Shown piece by piece: positions 1 through 13,464 of a stretch of 64,000 nt of DNA; the stretch's first letter is position 1, and every line of letters starts with the position of its first letter. Below the pieces are notes generated by a model. That model worked only from the letters and a program-made list of their open reading frames with translations. It made no database searches and had not been told where the DNA came from. The DNA lies in contig CP145413.1 in the NCBI GenBank assembly GCA_036867785.1, positions 434,001 through 498,000 of the forward strand. Direction: 5' to 3'. The stretch is from Plasmodiophora brassicae. Lineage: Eukaryota. The translations under genes were made by a program, and so were the position numbers.

Positions 1-821
1 CGGTCCGGCGTTTCCTAAGCCTGGTCGCTAGTCCCTATCTTGGCCGACCCTCGCAAGATGGAGTACCCAGGCGAGCGAGCGACACCTCAGAACACTCTCG
101 TGTTTACGTTGGTGGTCACGTGCACAGAGAACCCCAGGGCAACGGCGCTAGACCCGCCTCATGTTCGATACATCAACAGCAACGTGTACTCCCGCGACCT
201 GAAATGGGTACCGCAACCAGGGCAAGAGGAAATGTTCGAGGGCAGCCCGCCTCGGGTTGTTGACGGTGACATCCTCCTGTGCCAGTTGCGTCCGGGACAG
301 ACATTGGAGCTTGAGCTCTTCTGTGAAAAGGGAATTGGGCAGACGCACGCGAAGTGGTCTCCCGTCTGCACCGCGTCCTACAAGCTGAAACCCGAGGTCA
401 TCATACCTCGAAAGTTGACTGGTAGACACCGAACATGTCGTTTATGAGTACGTGGTTTACGATGCCCACGCAGGGTCCACGGCGGAGGCGCTTGTTAACG
501 TCTGCCCGATGAACGTGTTCGACATTGAAGACGACCAGGCGGTCGTTGCACGCCCTGACAAGTGCACCATGTGCCGGGAGTGCATTCGCGATAAGCCCTG
601 GGGCGCCGACGGCGTCCAGCTCAGAAGGATCCGCGACCACTTCATCTGTCAGTCCTATCCCGCATTGTGCCGCCCCCCGCGTTCGGTACTAACCCCCCGC
701 CGCAGTCACCGTCGAATCCACGGGCATCTACAGGCCCGACGAGCTCCTGGCCGAGGCGCTCGACGTCCTCGTATCGAAGTGCAACACCATCGTGACGTGC
801 CTCGATGAGTTGCATCGCTAA
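1..821 (+). CDS. POLR1C: RNA polymerase I/III subunit RPAC1 (RPC40), 3' part; 5' end lies outside the window
   Basis: Motifs DILLCQLRPGQ, KGIGQTHAKWSPV, CPMNVFDIE..CTMCREC and RDHFIFTVESTG join across GT-AG introns 422-473 and 648-705. TAA at 819-821. Confidence 0.93.
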
Positions 822-974
822 ATAAACGCCCAGATCCCCTCCCACTGGTGCACCGCGCTGTGGCGCGAAGAAGAGGTTGACTGTGTCCCTGTCACAGGTC
901 GGGCCGCCGGCCACGATTTTGGCAACGGGGGCGGCGGGCACCGCACCACCACCGCTCCCGATTCGCAGCGTGCC

Positions 975-3558
975 ATGTGGCGGCATCGGCGGTGGCGTCG
1001 CGAGCTGTTCACGGGACCGGGGCTGTCGCCGACGTTCGACAAGGTGCTGATCGCGAACCGCGGCGAGATCGCGTGTCGGGTGGCGCGGACGGCGCGCCTG
1101 CTCGGGGTCAGGACCGTCGGCGTGTACAGCGACGCGGACCGCGATTCGCTGCACGTGCGCCAGTGCGATGAGGCGTACCGGATCGGCGAGGCGCCTGCTG
1201 CCGAGAGTTACCTGCGCGCGGATAGGATCCTGGCCGTCGCGAAACAGGCCGGGGCTCAGGCCGTGAGTCGTCGTCGTCGTCGTTTGGGGGGGAACGCCTG
1301 CTTCCCCGGGGCCGGTGTTCTGATTCGTCCGGTACTTGCCAGGTGCATCCTGGCTACGGGTTCCTCAGTGAATCCGTCAAGTTCGCGGAGGCGTGCGACA
1401 AGGAGGGCATCGAGTTCATCGGGCCCCCGGTCAAGGCGATCGATGCCATGGGGTCCAAGAGGTATGGCTGCGTCCGCGTACCCATTGTAAGAGTGAAACG
1501 TGGTCGAATCGCGCTGCAGTGCGGCAAAGAAGATCATGATCGAGGCTGGGGTGCCGGTCGTTCCTGGGTATCATGGGGCGGATCAGTCCATCGTCGGTGC
1601 CCACCCTCGGACGTCACTGTTGACCTCTGCTGAACGGAGCTCGGCGTAGTCGAAGCTGACCGAAGAGGCGGGCAAGACCGGGTTTCCGCTGATGATCAAA
1701 GGTATGCGTCGATCGCATGGGCACCATGGCCTGCCGTTAACCGCCGGTTCTGTAGCCGTGCTTGGAGGCGGTGGTAAAGGTATGCGAATCGTCTGGAAAG
1801 CCGACGACTTTCAGGAAGCCCTCGAGGCCTGCATGAGGGAAGCGCAGTCCTCGTTTGGCGACAGCCGTGTCCTGCTTGAACGATACATCGTTCGCCCCCG
1901 ACATATTGGTAGAGCACCGTTGTTACTTCCTGATGCGCTGCCTCTGACAGTGCCGGTTCGTACAGAATTCCAGATATTTGCTGACAAACATGGCAACGCG
2001 GTTCACCTGTTCGAACGCGACTGTTCGGCGCAGAGGCGTCACCAGAAGGTCCTCGAAGAGGGCCCTGCCCCTGGGATGACGGACGAATTGCGCAGGCAAA
2101 TGGGTGCCTCGGCGGTCCAGGCCGCTCTCTCAGTCGGATACGTCGGCGCTGGCACTGTAGAATTCATCTTTGACAGCGACACGAACGAATACTACTTCAT
2201 GGAGATGAACACGAGGTCCCCCGTCGTGTGTTGCCCTGTCTGCGACTGTCAGCTAATACATGCGGCAGGTTGCAAGTGGAGCATCCAGGTCGGCCGTTCG
2301 CGTCGCGCACACGACAGCACGTTTGCCCCAGCTGACCTCTTCATTTAGTCACTGAAATGATCGTCCGGATTCCAAAGATCCAGGGCAGTTGCGATCTCGT
2401 TCAGCTACAGCTGCACGTGGCGGCAGGCCATCCACTGCCGTTCAAGCAGGAAGACGTGGTCCATGAGGGCCACTGTATCGAGGCCCGCATTTACGCTGAA
2501 TCGCCCGTGATGACCCCAAGCGGCCCGGTGTTCCTCCCGTGCACGGGCACCATTGAGCACCTTCAAGCACCGGACCCTTTGGTAATCATATCGCCCTGCG
2601 ACCATGTCTCGCCTAGTAACGTGGACGAAAGGATGGCAGCTGTGTGAAGGTTCGCGTGGAGACCGGAATTGAGCAGGGATCCGCGATCAGTGTCTACTAC
2701 GACCCAATGATTGCCAAGCTGGTCGTCTGGTCCCGTGATCGTCGTTCTGCCCTGTTGCACATGGGCGATGCTCTTGCCCAGTACCAGATACTCGGCCTAG
2801 CCAACAACAACATCGCCTTCCTGCATCGCGCCGTTTCGCACCCCGTGTTTGCCGAAGGGCAAATCACGACGAACTTCATTGCAGAGAACCAGAACGACCT
2901 GATGCCTTCGTTTTCTCCGCCGAGGGGCCAGTTATTGGCAATGGCGGCAGCGGCTGCCTTGTACGATCAGCGGTCAGCACATCGCGATCCATCGCCCTGG
3001 GCGAATCAAAGCGGGTTCCGCGTCAACTCGAGCAATGGCCGACAACTTTCGCTGCTTGTTGGCCACGACGACGACTGGACCGAGAAGCAAATCGACGCCG
3101 TCTACAACGACGACGGGTCGCTGACAATGAAGTTCGACGACGAGGTGCACTCCAGTGTCGGCGTCAACGTTGGAGGCGGCACCCAGGGCAAACCGTGGCA
3201 GTTCTCGTTCCAGGACCGGACCCTGCAAGCCTCCGTCGTCTACCTCGGCAACGACATCACGGTCTTCTGCCAAGGCCACAGCGCGACCGTACGTCTACCC
3301 GACGTCGTCCACGGCGGCGTAGCCGCATCGCAAGCCGGTTCACAGGCGCCAATGCCCGGCAAGATCGTCAAGGTCCTCGTCACCGACGGGGACACCGTCG
3401 CCGAAGGCGACGCCCTCATCGTCATGGAAGCCATGAAAATGGAACACGTCATCCGAGCGCCGCACAGCGGCACGGTCGACAAAGTCCTCTGCGAGCTCGG
3501 CCAGTTCGTCCAGGGCGGCGCCGTCCTGGTCTCGTTCCAGGACGACGGCAGCGCCTAA
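975..3558 (+). CDS. MCCC1: 3-methylcrotonyl-CoA carboxylase alpha (biotin-containing) subunit, multi-exon
   Basis: Biotin carboxylase motifs [43 protein letters not shown] and EMNTRLQVEHP. C-terminal biotinyl motif EAMKMEH. PCCA not fully excluded. Confidence 0.85.
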
Positions 3559-3713
3559 AATTGTATACAGCTGCAGCGGGTGAAGAAATGTCCGAAGTCT
3601 GCTCCATAAACGCGACGCGGGCAGCAGTCGCGCGGAACTGCAGTTCGTGCAGTTCGCACACTACGTGCTGGATTGCAGTCACACGGCGCAGTGCACTGCG
3701 AGGCTGGCAGCTC

Positions 3714-4739
3714 ATGAGCGATATCGACGACGGCGAGCTGTCCGACGATGCCCTGGCCTGGGTGGACGACGATTCGTTCCCGTCGATCGAGGCGCTGCGG
3801 GCCGCCAAGGGGCGGACGACGTCGCCCCGGCGCTCCGCAGCGATCCAGGCGCTACACCAGCCGCTCTACGATAACTGCACGGTCCTGTCCATGGAGGACG
3901 GATCGCCGCTGTGTCGGATCAGGTCGTACTTGTCCTGGTTCGACCTGTGTGGCCTTGTTCATGACTGCTTAGTGTAGTCGCAAACGGTGTATGTGGTACG
4001 TGAACCGGGACCTGGCCGAGATCGTGAAAGACGACGGCCCCCTCATCATTCGCCTGAAGGTAGTCGATCAGGGAACACTGTGGCGCATGCGATACCATCC
4101 TAATGTGTCTCATTATGAAAGTTCCCAGCGAAAGGCGGCCCATCTCAGAACGACCTGTTCACGTTGAGCACGAAGCGCAACTGCTGCGTGCGATGCGGGG
4201 TCGACAGCGATCTTCGCCGAGCGTACATTGTCCCCCATTGCTACCGACGGGAGATGCCGCCTGCCATGACATCTCACCAGTCGCACGACATTGTTCTGCT
4301 CTGCATGGGCTGCCACACGCTCTGGAGTATGGCGCATGCTCGCCTGCGAAAGGTGATCGCCCAAGAGAGCAGCAGCCCTGTCAACGGGGTTCGCGTCGGC
4401 GAAGGGCCCGACCGGACCGCTGTGAAGGCCAAGAAATCCGCCTCCTCTCTGCTTCGGTATCGTGATCGGATTCCACAGCCAAGAGCAGACGCTATGTTGG
4501 CGATTATCAGAGCGCACCTGGGCCGCGATGATGTTACGGATGATGACCTCGCGTCACTGGCCAAGGTGGACAACGAGGCTGACGCTGATACGCGCGAGCT
4601 CATCCCGCATGGGCGCATCGTAGTCGAGAACCTGAATGGCGATTTCGCCGGCTTCGTCCGACGATGGAGACAGCACTTCGTCGATACTCTCCAGCCTAGG
4701 CACCTGCCCGAGTACTGGAGCGTTGACTATGCCCTATAG
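3714..4739 (+). CDS. Protein resembling the C-terminal HNH-like/Zn-binding region of EXD2, with no 3'-5' exonuclease domain
   Basis: Spliced product LYDNCTVLSMEDGSPLC..WYVNRDLAEIV..NCCVRCG..YIVPHCYRREMP..HQSHDIVLLCMGCH..WRQHFVDTLQPRHLPEYWSV matches the EXD2 C-terminal pattern. Confidence 0.75.
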
Positions 4740-4828
4740 GCACGTAGCCTGGTCAGTGTGAAGGCGCGTCGGCCAGGCCGGGCTCGTCATCAGGTTGATA
4801 ATGAATCGTAAATTACAAGTACATCCAG

Positions 4829-5728
4829 TTAGCAGGCACAGGAGGAGGATTCGGGCGCTCCACCGTCCGTAGTGATCGCCAGGCGACCACTCGGCGCGAA
4901 CGACGTTCCCGTCAGCGCGGGGCTATCTAGGATCTTCAGCACGAGCTCCTCGAACGCGTTCGCGACGCCGACGTTGGTCCTTGCGCTCGTCTCAATGAAC
5001 AGCATGCCGTTCTCTTTCGCGAATTGCCTGCCGTCTTCCTTGGAGACTTGCCGCTCACCTTCAAGGTCGATCTGGGGCGCCCACGTCAGCGGACAGTGAT
5101 TTCCTGGAGAGCGCCCGGTCGCACCTTGTTGCCCACCAGCATCTTGACAATGCTGTCTGTTGTCGTGTACAGGTCCACCTCCTTGATCCATCTGCATGCA
5201 CACTGTAAGCCACACGCAGCGACCCACGATAGGGCCGGCTAACTCTTGGATGTTCTGGAACGTCTGGCGACGAGTGACATCGTACTAGTGAACTCAGTGG
5301 GCGCTGTGCACTGAGGCATCACGGCGGTCGACAGGCTTACCACGAGAACGATGCCTTGAGCACCTCTGTAATACGCCGACGTCAACGTGCGAAATCGCTC
5401 CTGCCCTGCCGGGTATTCAGTGAGCATCGCACGGCGCAGAGGCGGCTGTCAGAACGGACCGGCCGTGTCCCACAACGTCAGCTTGATGGTCTTGTTCCTC
5501 AGCTTCAGTATCTTCAGCTTCAGGTCGACCCCGATCGTCGACTTGATGTCGGTCTCGAACGAATGCCCCGTGAACGACAGCAGGATGTTCGTCTCTGCGC
5601 GGGAACGGGCGTCACCCACCCACCCGCACACACATTCCAGGCGACCAGCACTCACTGCCGACACCCGAGTCGCCCACGAGCAGCAGCTTGAACAGGTAGT
5701 CGTACCCGGAGCTGGCCCCGTCCGTCAT
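4829..5728 (-). CDS. RAB18: Rab-family small GTPase, Rab18-like
   Basis: [35 protein letters not shown] and ETSA motifs across 5 introns. C-terminal CAC prenylation motif. Confidence 0.85.
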
Positions 5729-6352
5729 CCTCGTCGCCGACTGACGCTATCCGGAATGGCCCCTCTCTGCTGGACGGCTCTCACTTTGGATCGCCGCCGG
5801 CGCCCGGCCGAAATCCGACTCCGCCTCCTCTCCCGCCCCGCCCCAAAATCGGCGACCAATTTTGATGCCCATCTGCTCAGGACCCATCGGCCATCAGTCA
5901 TCACTCATCACCCACCCTAAGGCCCGAGTCGAGAAGTGCCCCGATGCACCGGCGTCAACCTCGCTGGTGATAGTCGGGCGAAGAGCGCTCTCCAGCATGT
6001 GTTTAGTCACTTGCAGGGCAGGTGGCATTTCAACGAGGAGTACGCGTGAGCTGTACAGCGAGACGAGCACTTCGAAGGTCGGGCCAGACGACTGCGCATG
6101 AGAGTTGATGCGTTTGGTGCTTTACCGCAACTTCCTGCGGGTCACGCTCCTTCCTGTTCGTAGCGTGGCAAACGGCAGCAATGATCGGCAGCTGGGAAGG
6201 AAGGATGGGTGCCTACGTGCGACGTCGGGGGTGCGATCGTTTCCCGGGGGAGCGTTGTGTCGTGTGGTCGCTTCCGACTTTATATAGGTACGTTGGTGAT
6301 GTGTTGTTGTAGTCCGGATGACGTTAGGGACGGGTGGAAGGCTGGGCATGGA

Positions 6353-7801
6353 TCAGTCGCCGCCGCCGCCGCCGCCGCTGGGCCTGGATGCGCCGTCCTT
6401 CTTGAAGAACGTATCGTCGATCAACCGCCACAGGACGCTGAACATGAGCCCTTGCAGGCCGTTCGCTAGGATACGCGTCTTCAGACCACGACCGAACAGC
6501 CCTGGGTGGAATCGGGGGGTCAGGCTTCCCATTTGGCAACACGATGACGAAGGTGGTAAACCTTGCAGACCGTCCTTGTCGACAACGACACGTGCCGCGT
6601 CGTAATACGAGATGGGCGTCTCGAACGTTTGCTTGGTCGTCTGGAGAGGCCTGCGTCAGTGCCAGCGCTTCCCAGCCATGCGACCTAATGAACGACTTTG
6701 ATAACGCGGACGGAGTTCGACACCGTGTCGGAGACGATGGAGGAGCAGAACCCCATGGCCGCCGACCGGATGACTTTCTCCTGGAAGTTCGTCGATTTGG
6801 GCAGGTTCTTGTCCAGGAAATTGTACGTCTGATCGGGCAACGTGAGCACGAGCATCCATCGTCACAGCAGAAACGAACGACGCACCGCGAACCATGGGTA
6901 GTGACCAATCTGCCGTCAACAGGTCAGGCGTGGCATCAGGGGGGTACACATCAGGCACAGGTGATTTACCAGCGTTGCACCTGACGCCGCCAGCGCGCCA
7001 TGGAAGAACACACGGATGCTGTTGCGCTCGTCAGTGTGAGGGCATTCCCTCAAACGCGCACCACTTACCCGCCCATGCGATACTTCTTCATCAGGTTCGG
7101 GATCCCGTTCTTACCATCGACCTGCATCTACGTGGACCACCGTCATGTAGGCAGGTGCCCAGTCGCCCAAGGGGCCGTGTGTACACCGTACCGAGGTCTT
7201 CACAGTGTCGACGGGCATCAGGAATATTCGCCATGTGGCGGCCGCAGTCGACGATGCCAACGATTTGACAGATATGGGCAGGTCCTTCGTGCCTTCGTGG
7301 CTGTTCAGGAACATAAGGACGCCCGTGTTCGCTGCCGTATCACCGAACCGGGACAATGGCCCTGACCATATGGGTCACCTTGCGCTGCCGGGAGCGTACA
7401 ATGTTCACAGGATCGGCGCACCTTGAGCCAGGGCGGGTACCAACCCTTTGTACAGCCTGGGTATGCCACCCTCCTTGTACAGGAACCGTAACGCCTCCGT
7501 TGTCGTCGTTCCATTACGATACTGGTAGTTCTATGGCCGCCCATCAGCGCGTCCGATAATCGTGCCAGCGGGGATTGCTACCCACCATCGTCGTGCGAAG
7601 CCACATCAACGACACGACCTGTATGCGAGTGTCAATTGGGGGACGGGACCAGGGCAATGCGTTCCGGGGTCGTACTTGGATGGCCATGGCGGCGGCGCCA
7701 GCCGCGCCTCCACCCAGGGCGCGTACAACCGATTTGTGCAGAAGCTCGCTGGCAGTCAGCTCCTTGGTGGGCGACGGCGCCGACGACGATGACGACGACA
7801 T
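6353..7801 (-). CDS. Mitochondrial carrier (SLC25) family protein, multi-exon
   Basis: Three carrier repeats: MWLRTTMNYQY..EGGIPRLYKGL, LMPVDTVKT, and NSVRVIKTTKQ..DGLQGLFGRGLKTRILANG. TGA at 6353-6355. Confidence 0.88.
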
Positions 7802-8003
7802 GGCGCCGGGAATTGTACAATAACGTACGGTACGGGGTCGATCGCCCACCCGGCAGTGTGGCACCAGGGGTACGACGACCATCGAGAACAATCCAGTCAT
7901 ATGATTCGATGAACCAGTGAGCGTAATGCGCGCGCCCAGACCACTGAATGTACTATTCACGTCGCGGATACACCACACACGTCCCGATCTCGGCGCCCAT
8001 CGT

Positions 8004-8986
8004 TCACTCCCGTTCCATCCAGCTGACGAGGGCGACGACCCTGCCGAACCCACCGGCCTCCAACCGGTCGTCATCGATCTCCACCTTGGTCCTGTACACG
8101 CCGATCTGGACCAGGGCAGTATACAGCCAGACCATGGAGCACGTCAGCATGACCGCCACGATGACATCGACAGTGTCTATGTGGGCGAGGGCGGGTCAGA
8201 TACCGACAAAGGTTCCCGGCAGCGCTGATTACAATGGAACCGGGTCGCGATGATGACGAAGGCGCCGCACCAGACCAGCGCCCAGATCGCGAAGCGGATC
8301 GGAGATTTAAGACGGGACGGGAGGTGGTCACCGGCACGACGATCGGCGCTGTTGGTTATGAGCGCCCAGAGCACCATGGCCGACGTGTGCCCGCTGAACA
8401 TGACGTCGCCGCATGTCACGATCTGCCTCGTCAGGACGAGGACACCGCCCAGGAGCGGGTTCAGATCCGCTGGCATCACGTTCCGGCACGATGGCCCCCG
8501 AGGCCCAGGGAGACGTGTGACGGAGATCGTCATGGAGCGCAGGAACAGGATCAGGCCTTGCAGGACGGCGTACCGTCGCAGCAAGGTGATTCGGCGACGA
8601 TGCAGCAGGACCCGAACAAGGGATAGGATAGTTACCGATACGAGAAGGACGTCTGGCAGATCGTGCGACAGGTGGGCGAACGATGACAGAGCATCGATGC
8701 CCATGTCGGGCAGCAGGTCCCGATGACGGTCATGGAGGCGGTCGATCCAGCTCTGAGACAATGGTTAACACAGACCGGTCAGCGGTCTCACGTGATGATA
8801 GCAGCCGTCGTCAAACACACGAACCTGCATGACGGCGTCAATGTAGGCGCCGGCGAAGAGAGCGCCGACTGCCAGACAGTTCTGCCTGAAGGTACTGCGT
8901 TGACGTTCGGGCGTCAGGGACAACAGCGGTTCATACGAGGCCTCATGGCTGGCCCTCGGATCATCCCCTAAGAGGAGCGACCGCAT
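8004..8986 (-). CDS. Sphingomyelin synthase / IPC synthase-like phosphotransferase (PAP2-C)
   Basis: LPD, RSMTISVTRLPGP, CGDVMFSGHT and RFHYTVDV (H and D catalytic motifs, the last joined across an intron). Multiple TM segments. Confidence 0.85.
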
Positions 8987-9165
8987 TTCTAGATCTGTAA
9001 CAATGACGATTGGATATTCACGCGTGTGACACAACTGTCGGCCACCTGGCATGACGTCACGGGTGACACTTGACGTCAGCGACCCTGAAGGGCCGTATAA
9101 ACTCGTTTGAAAATGAGAACGGGTCAACAGAGGCTTCTTCGACAGGTAAACGTGTAATGACTGCT

Positions 9166-10819
9166 TCATAACGATTTAACTTGGCCAACAATGACGTTGT
9201 GTCGTTGCTGGGCGACCCGAAGAAGTAGCGCTTCACCGGTTGTGAGGAATCGCTCCGCCACGTCTCGTCCAACAGCAAACGCCGCCTGGTCGTAGCTGTT
9301 AGAGAAAAACCTCAATTGTACAAATACGTGGGCCGACCTTTCGTTGGTGAGTAGTGCTAGCCCAGAGCACTTGGCTCTGGGCATCGATTTTGGCAGCAAC
9401 AGTTCCTCTCTGGATCAACTTCACCAACAGGGACTGGATCTCGCTGGGGGACTTTGAACAGGCACTCAGACGCACGCCGTGCATGCGGCGGTAGACCCAA
9501 GAACTTACTTGTCCGAAAGCAGATGCCATCCGAGTCAAACTAACTGACTCGTACGGCGTGATGTAGGTGCACAGGGCCGACTCGCGAATGCGCACAGCCA
9601 GGCCTTTGGCAATGTCGCCTAATCTGCCCTCAGACACACCCATCTACTGATATGAAGCGCATGCACTGAACTGGAAACGTTCGGGTCGAATATCGTGAGG
9701 TCTGACAGAGTCTCGTCGACGCTCGTAAGGCAATCAGCGAACTTCGACTGGCAGAAGCCGGTCAAGGCCTGTCTGGTCAGGCGACACATGCCCAGACGCT
9801 ATGTGGACGCGTGCGTCAGAGACGCAATGTACACCCCCCATCACAGTGTGGCAGTGATACAGGCTTGAATTTGGCGTTGTTCACCAGCTGGTCCTTCAGC
9901 GCGTTTCGTGGATACGACGCCATTGCCGCCAGGACGGCGTACCGTACCAGGTCTACGGGCAGGAACAGGTATGGGGCATTTGGGAATTCATCAACCTACA
10001 GCAACCGCCAATCAAACAGTGGGTTCACCGAGAGCCTGGTCGCAAATACCGAGAGCAACGTGGCAGCGGCATCAGAGAACTGTGCATATCTGAACATCGT
10101 GACGCCAACGGCGCATTTCATGATGGCCAGAATGTGGCCGTACTGTTCCGAACCTGCAGGAACGAACGCGCTTCAGATTCGACAGCCGCCATAGCGCGAC
10201 GTCCTTGAACCGACCTTTCAGGGCGGATGCCTTCGCGAACTCTGGCCGTACGTTCTGCCACAAATCTCCGTTCACGCTCGTGACCACGATGGTCAACGCC
10301 AGGTCCATCTTGTCCGCCAGGGACGTGGTCACATCGCGTGCCTCCAGCAACTTCGACAGCGCCGCCTTGTAATCGCCCGAGTCGCTGTGCACCGCCGCTA
10401 ACTTCAACAGAGCAACCTGTTAACGGGCATTAAACGGATGAACGCTTATCTGGAGCAAATGCACGCCAGCGCAGACCCTGGTCGCGTTACTATCCTGGGC
10501 GGCTTTGGCGTCCGCCACCGCCCTCTCCGCTGCATCGATTTTACGTGCCAGTTGGATATTTGCTCGCTGAATCCAGCCCTGCAGGTCCTGCACGACGACC
10601 CATTACCGGGCGGTCGGCAAGGACAGCAGCCCCCCGTTCCCCTACAGTGTCGCCCGGCGACGCTACCGACGCCACCAGCGCCACGTTGCACGTGTGCGCC
10701 CGCACGTGATCGAGGAACCGGCTGCGCGCGTCGTCGGACACCTGCGCCTGGCACCTGAGGCGCTGCAGCAGGGCGCCGCCCTCGTACCCGGCCGCCAGGA
10801 CGTCATCGGCGGCCACCAT
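9166..10819 (-). CDS. CSN1: COP9 signalosome subunit 1 (RPN7/PCI domain)
   Basis: GYEGGALLQRL start, LAAVHSDSGDYKAAL..ARD, and PCI segment YITPYESVSLTRMASAF..AKIDAQSQVL. CSN1-like C-terminal helix. Confidence 0.8.
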
Positions 10820-11050
10820 CGCAAACTGCACCGACGGATGAAATCTGCGCCGACTCGCGCGTTGCACCTTCCCGTCGCCCGCGCCAAGTTCCCACGCCAT
10901 GCCCTACACAGGCAGCGATGTGCGTCCCCACTCATTGATGAGTCGACGAGTCGTTCGCGAAACAGATGACGGGGGCGACTGTTCGGAACCGCGCTCATGG
11001 TTCCAGGCGCGTGTCTCCTGAACCGGATTCGACAGTGTACGTCGGTTTAG

Positions 11051-12736
11051 CTAACGGGGGTTCGTGGGGTGACACGAGTGGTCCCGCCCATGAACGGCTG
11101 CAGGACAGGAGGGATGTCAACGCTGCCGTCCTCGTCCTGGAATACGCACAATCAGGGGGTTGGTACACGGGGGGACAGACACAAGCGGGTCCGTCACCTG
11201 GAACTGTTCCATGATGGCAATGATCATTCGAGGGACGGCGCACGCGGTCCCGTTGGCCGTGCCGATAAACCGCCTCGGCGTCGACGGCAGCTTGATGCGC
11301 GCGTTCAGCCGCCGGCTCTGGTAGTCGGTGCAATTCGACGCGCTCATGATCTCTCCATACGAGTCACGTCCCCTACCGGGCATCCACGCCTCGACGTCCA
11401 GCTTCCTATGCGCAGCCGCCCCGAGCTCTTCTGTGGGCATCTCCATCAGGCGACCGTGGAGGCCAAGCTTCTCGCATAGCTCGACCTGACCCCAGGCGCA
11501 TCAACGGAAGAACGACAGCGGAACGGGACGGGCGACTGACCTGAATTCTGGCAATCTCCAAGTGCATCGCATCCGCATCGTCCAGCTCGCAGGCGGCGAA
11601 CATTTCAACCTTGTTGAACTGATGCAGGCGGTACAGGCCACGGGACGCTGCGCCACTGCTCAGCTCGGTGCGAAAGCAGGGGCTGACACCGACGTATCGA
11701 ATTGGCAGGCTCTGGGGATCTGTACCAGTGCATGGGTCACATGGAGGCGTTGGGGGTACGACGAACGAACGCCTTCCACCAATGATCTTGTCGTACAACG
11801 TCATGGCAAGTGGGATCTCACCCGTGCCCGAGAGGCACAGTGTGGACCCGGCGATGTGATAGACAGCGTTGCTTGGATCGTCCGATCGGGGCTGGAACCC
11901 ACAGCGCTCGAGCGCGTGGGCGTGCACAAGCGATCCGGGGTTCAGCGCCGTGAACTTCTTCCGAACGACCTGTACCGGGTCCGGTGATCAGCCCATTGGG
12001 CACGTCAGCAGACGACGGGCACACACCTCCTGAAGCGTCCAGTTGATGAGAGCCTGCTCGAGGAAGACGGCCTCGTTCTTCAGAAACACGCAGTGGCTGC
12101 CAGACGCGGCCGCAGCGTTGGCGAAGTCGAACCAGTCGAGGGCGGCGCCCAGCTCGACGTGATCCCTGATGCGGAACCCCTCGGGGAACTCCCGTCGTTG
12201 GCCGAACGCCTTCACGACGCGCGCGTTGGCCTCGTCGCCGACGGGCGAGTCGACGTGCGACACGTTGGGCACCTTGGCGCACTCCTCCAGAAGCAGATGA
12301 TGAACGCGATGCTCCAGCGCGCGAAGGTCCTGGACCTTCTGCTTCGTCACACGAGCTTGCTCCCGCAGGTCACTGCCGACACTTCCGAATCAGCCACCCG
12401 GCTCATACGACCGCAACGTGTCCACCACCACGACCTGGCCGGGGCAACGCCCCCCGTTGACGCGTTCCTCTGCCTTTCGAGCTGCTGCCTAGGCGCTCGT
12501 TAGCACGACGGCGCGTGGGGCAACAACACGGGGACCTGCCTCGCTCGGACCATGTTGTCGTGCTCGCGAGACAGACCGGCGATGCGCCCGAAATCGACCT
12601 GCGATGCGTTGCGCTGCTGGACGTGGACCTGCAGCGCCGACGCGTCGCGTACGATACGCTTCACGTCGATCTGCGGGAGCACGCCGACGTCCAGCATGCT
12701 GCCGCGCAGCGCCGCCTGGCACGCGCGGCTCACCAT
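11051..12736 (-). CDS. SARS2: Seryl-tRNA synthetase, probably organellar
   Basis: GTGEIPL, CFRTE..RGLYRLHQFNKVEMF, DVEAWMPGR..YGEIMSASNCTDYQSRRL and NGTACAVPR. Arg/Ala-rich N-terminus. Confidence 0.92.
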
Positions 12737-12827
12737 GGGCGCTCGTCGACCGCAACGTCGACCGCACCGCGAGTCACGAATTTAGCCGACCGCCTCTGGA
12801 GACAGATGGGAGGGTCCCGATAGTGTA

Positions 12828-13464
12828 TTAGGCGACGAGATCGCCGAGGAAGTTCGCTCCAGCAATGACGGCGTCCAGGGCGGCGGTCTTCAGGCCCGTC
12901 GACGCTTTAATGTCCCGCATCGTCGTTCGTACGTCGTCGATGTCGACGCCGAGGTCGACGTACGCGTCCTCGAGGGCGGCGAGTGCGTCCCTCGCGTCGT
13001 CAAACGACCCGTGGAATTTGGCTTTGTCGCGACGATACCGCTCGGCGAGCGATGCGGCGCGCCGTTTCACGACGTGCTTGTTGGTCTTTGCCCATCCGAC
13101 CAAGCCGACGTTCCACAGGCGCGACATGGGCGACTGGCGCTTCAGCTGATCTTGCTGCCGCCGGTCCTCGGCATCCGCCTCCTTGATGACCTGCTGTGGC
13201 GTTCTACGCTGTGAGAGAAGGTCACGCCGGCTTGGTGTGATACGACGCACGCGCGCTGACATGAACTTTGAGGAAGGCAGTCAGGTCGTCGGTCGTCTGC
13301 AGTAAGGCCTGGTGGCTGTCCGCCAGGTTGTTGAACGCCGCCTGGACCGCTCGCTCTCGAACCGCGACAATGTCGCCGGCAGACCGGTCCGCGATCGCCA
13401 TGGGCAACAGGACAGCCGCCAGGACAATGGGGGCGATGAGCACGTTCCGTCGTTGCATTGCCAT
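12828..13464 (-). CDS. Putative secreted helical protein (about 190 aa, 2 exons)
   Basis: Signal-peptide-like MAMQRRNVLIAPIVLAAVLLPMAIA. GT-AG intron 13266-13209 joins FLK to RRTPQQ in frame. No recognisable domain. Confidence 0.7.

Noticed and set aside
5862-6349. Short ORFs between Rab18 and the carrier gene
   Set aside because: No motif or coherent splice model; probably promoter or UTR.
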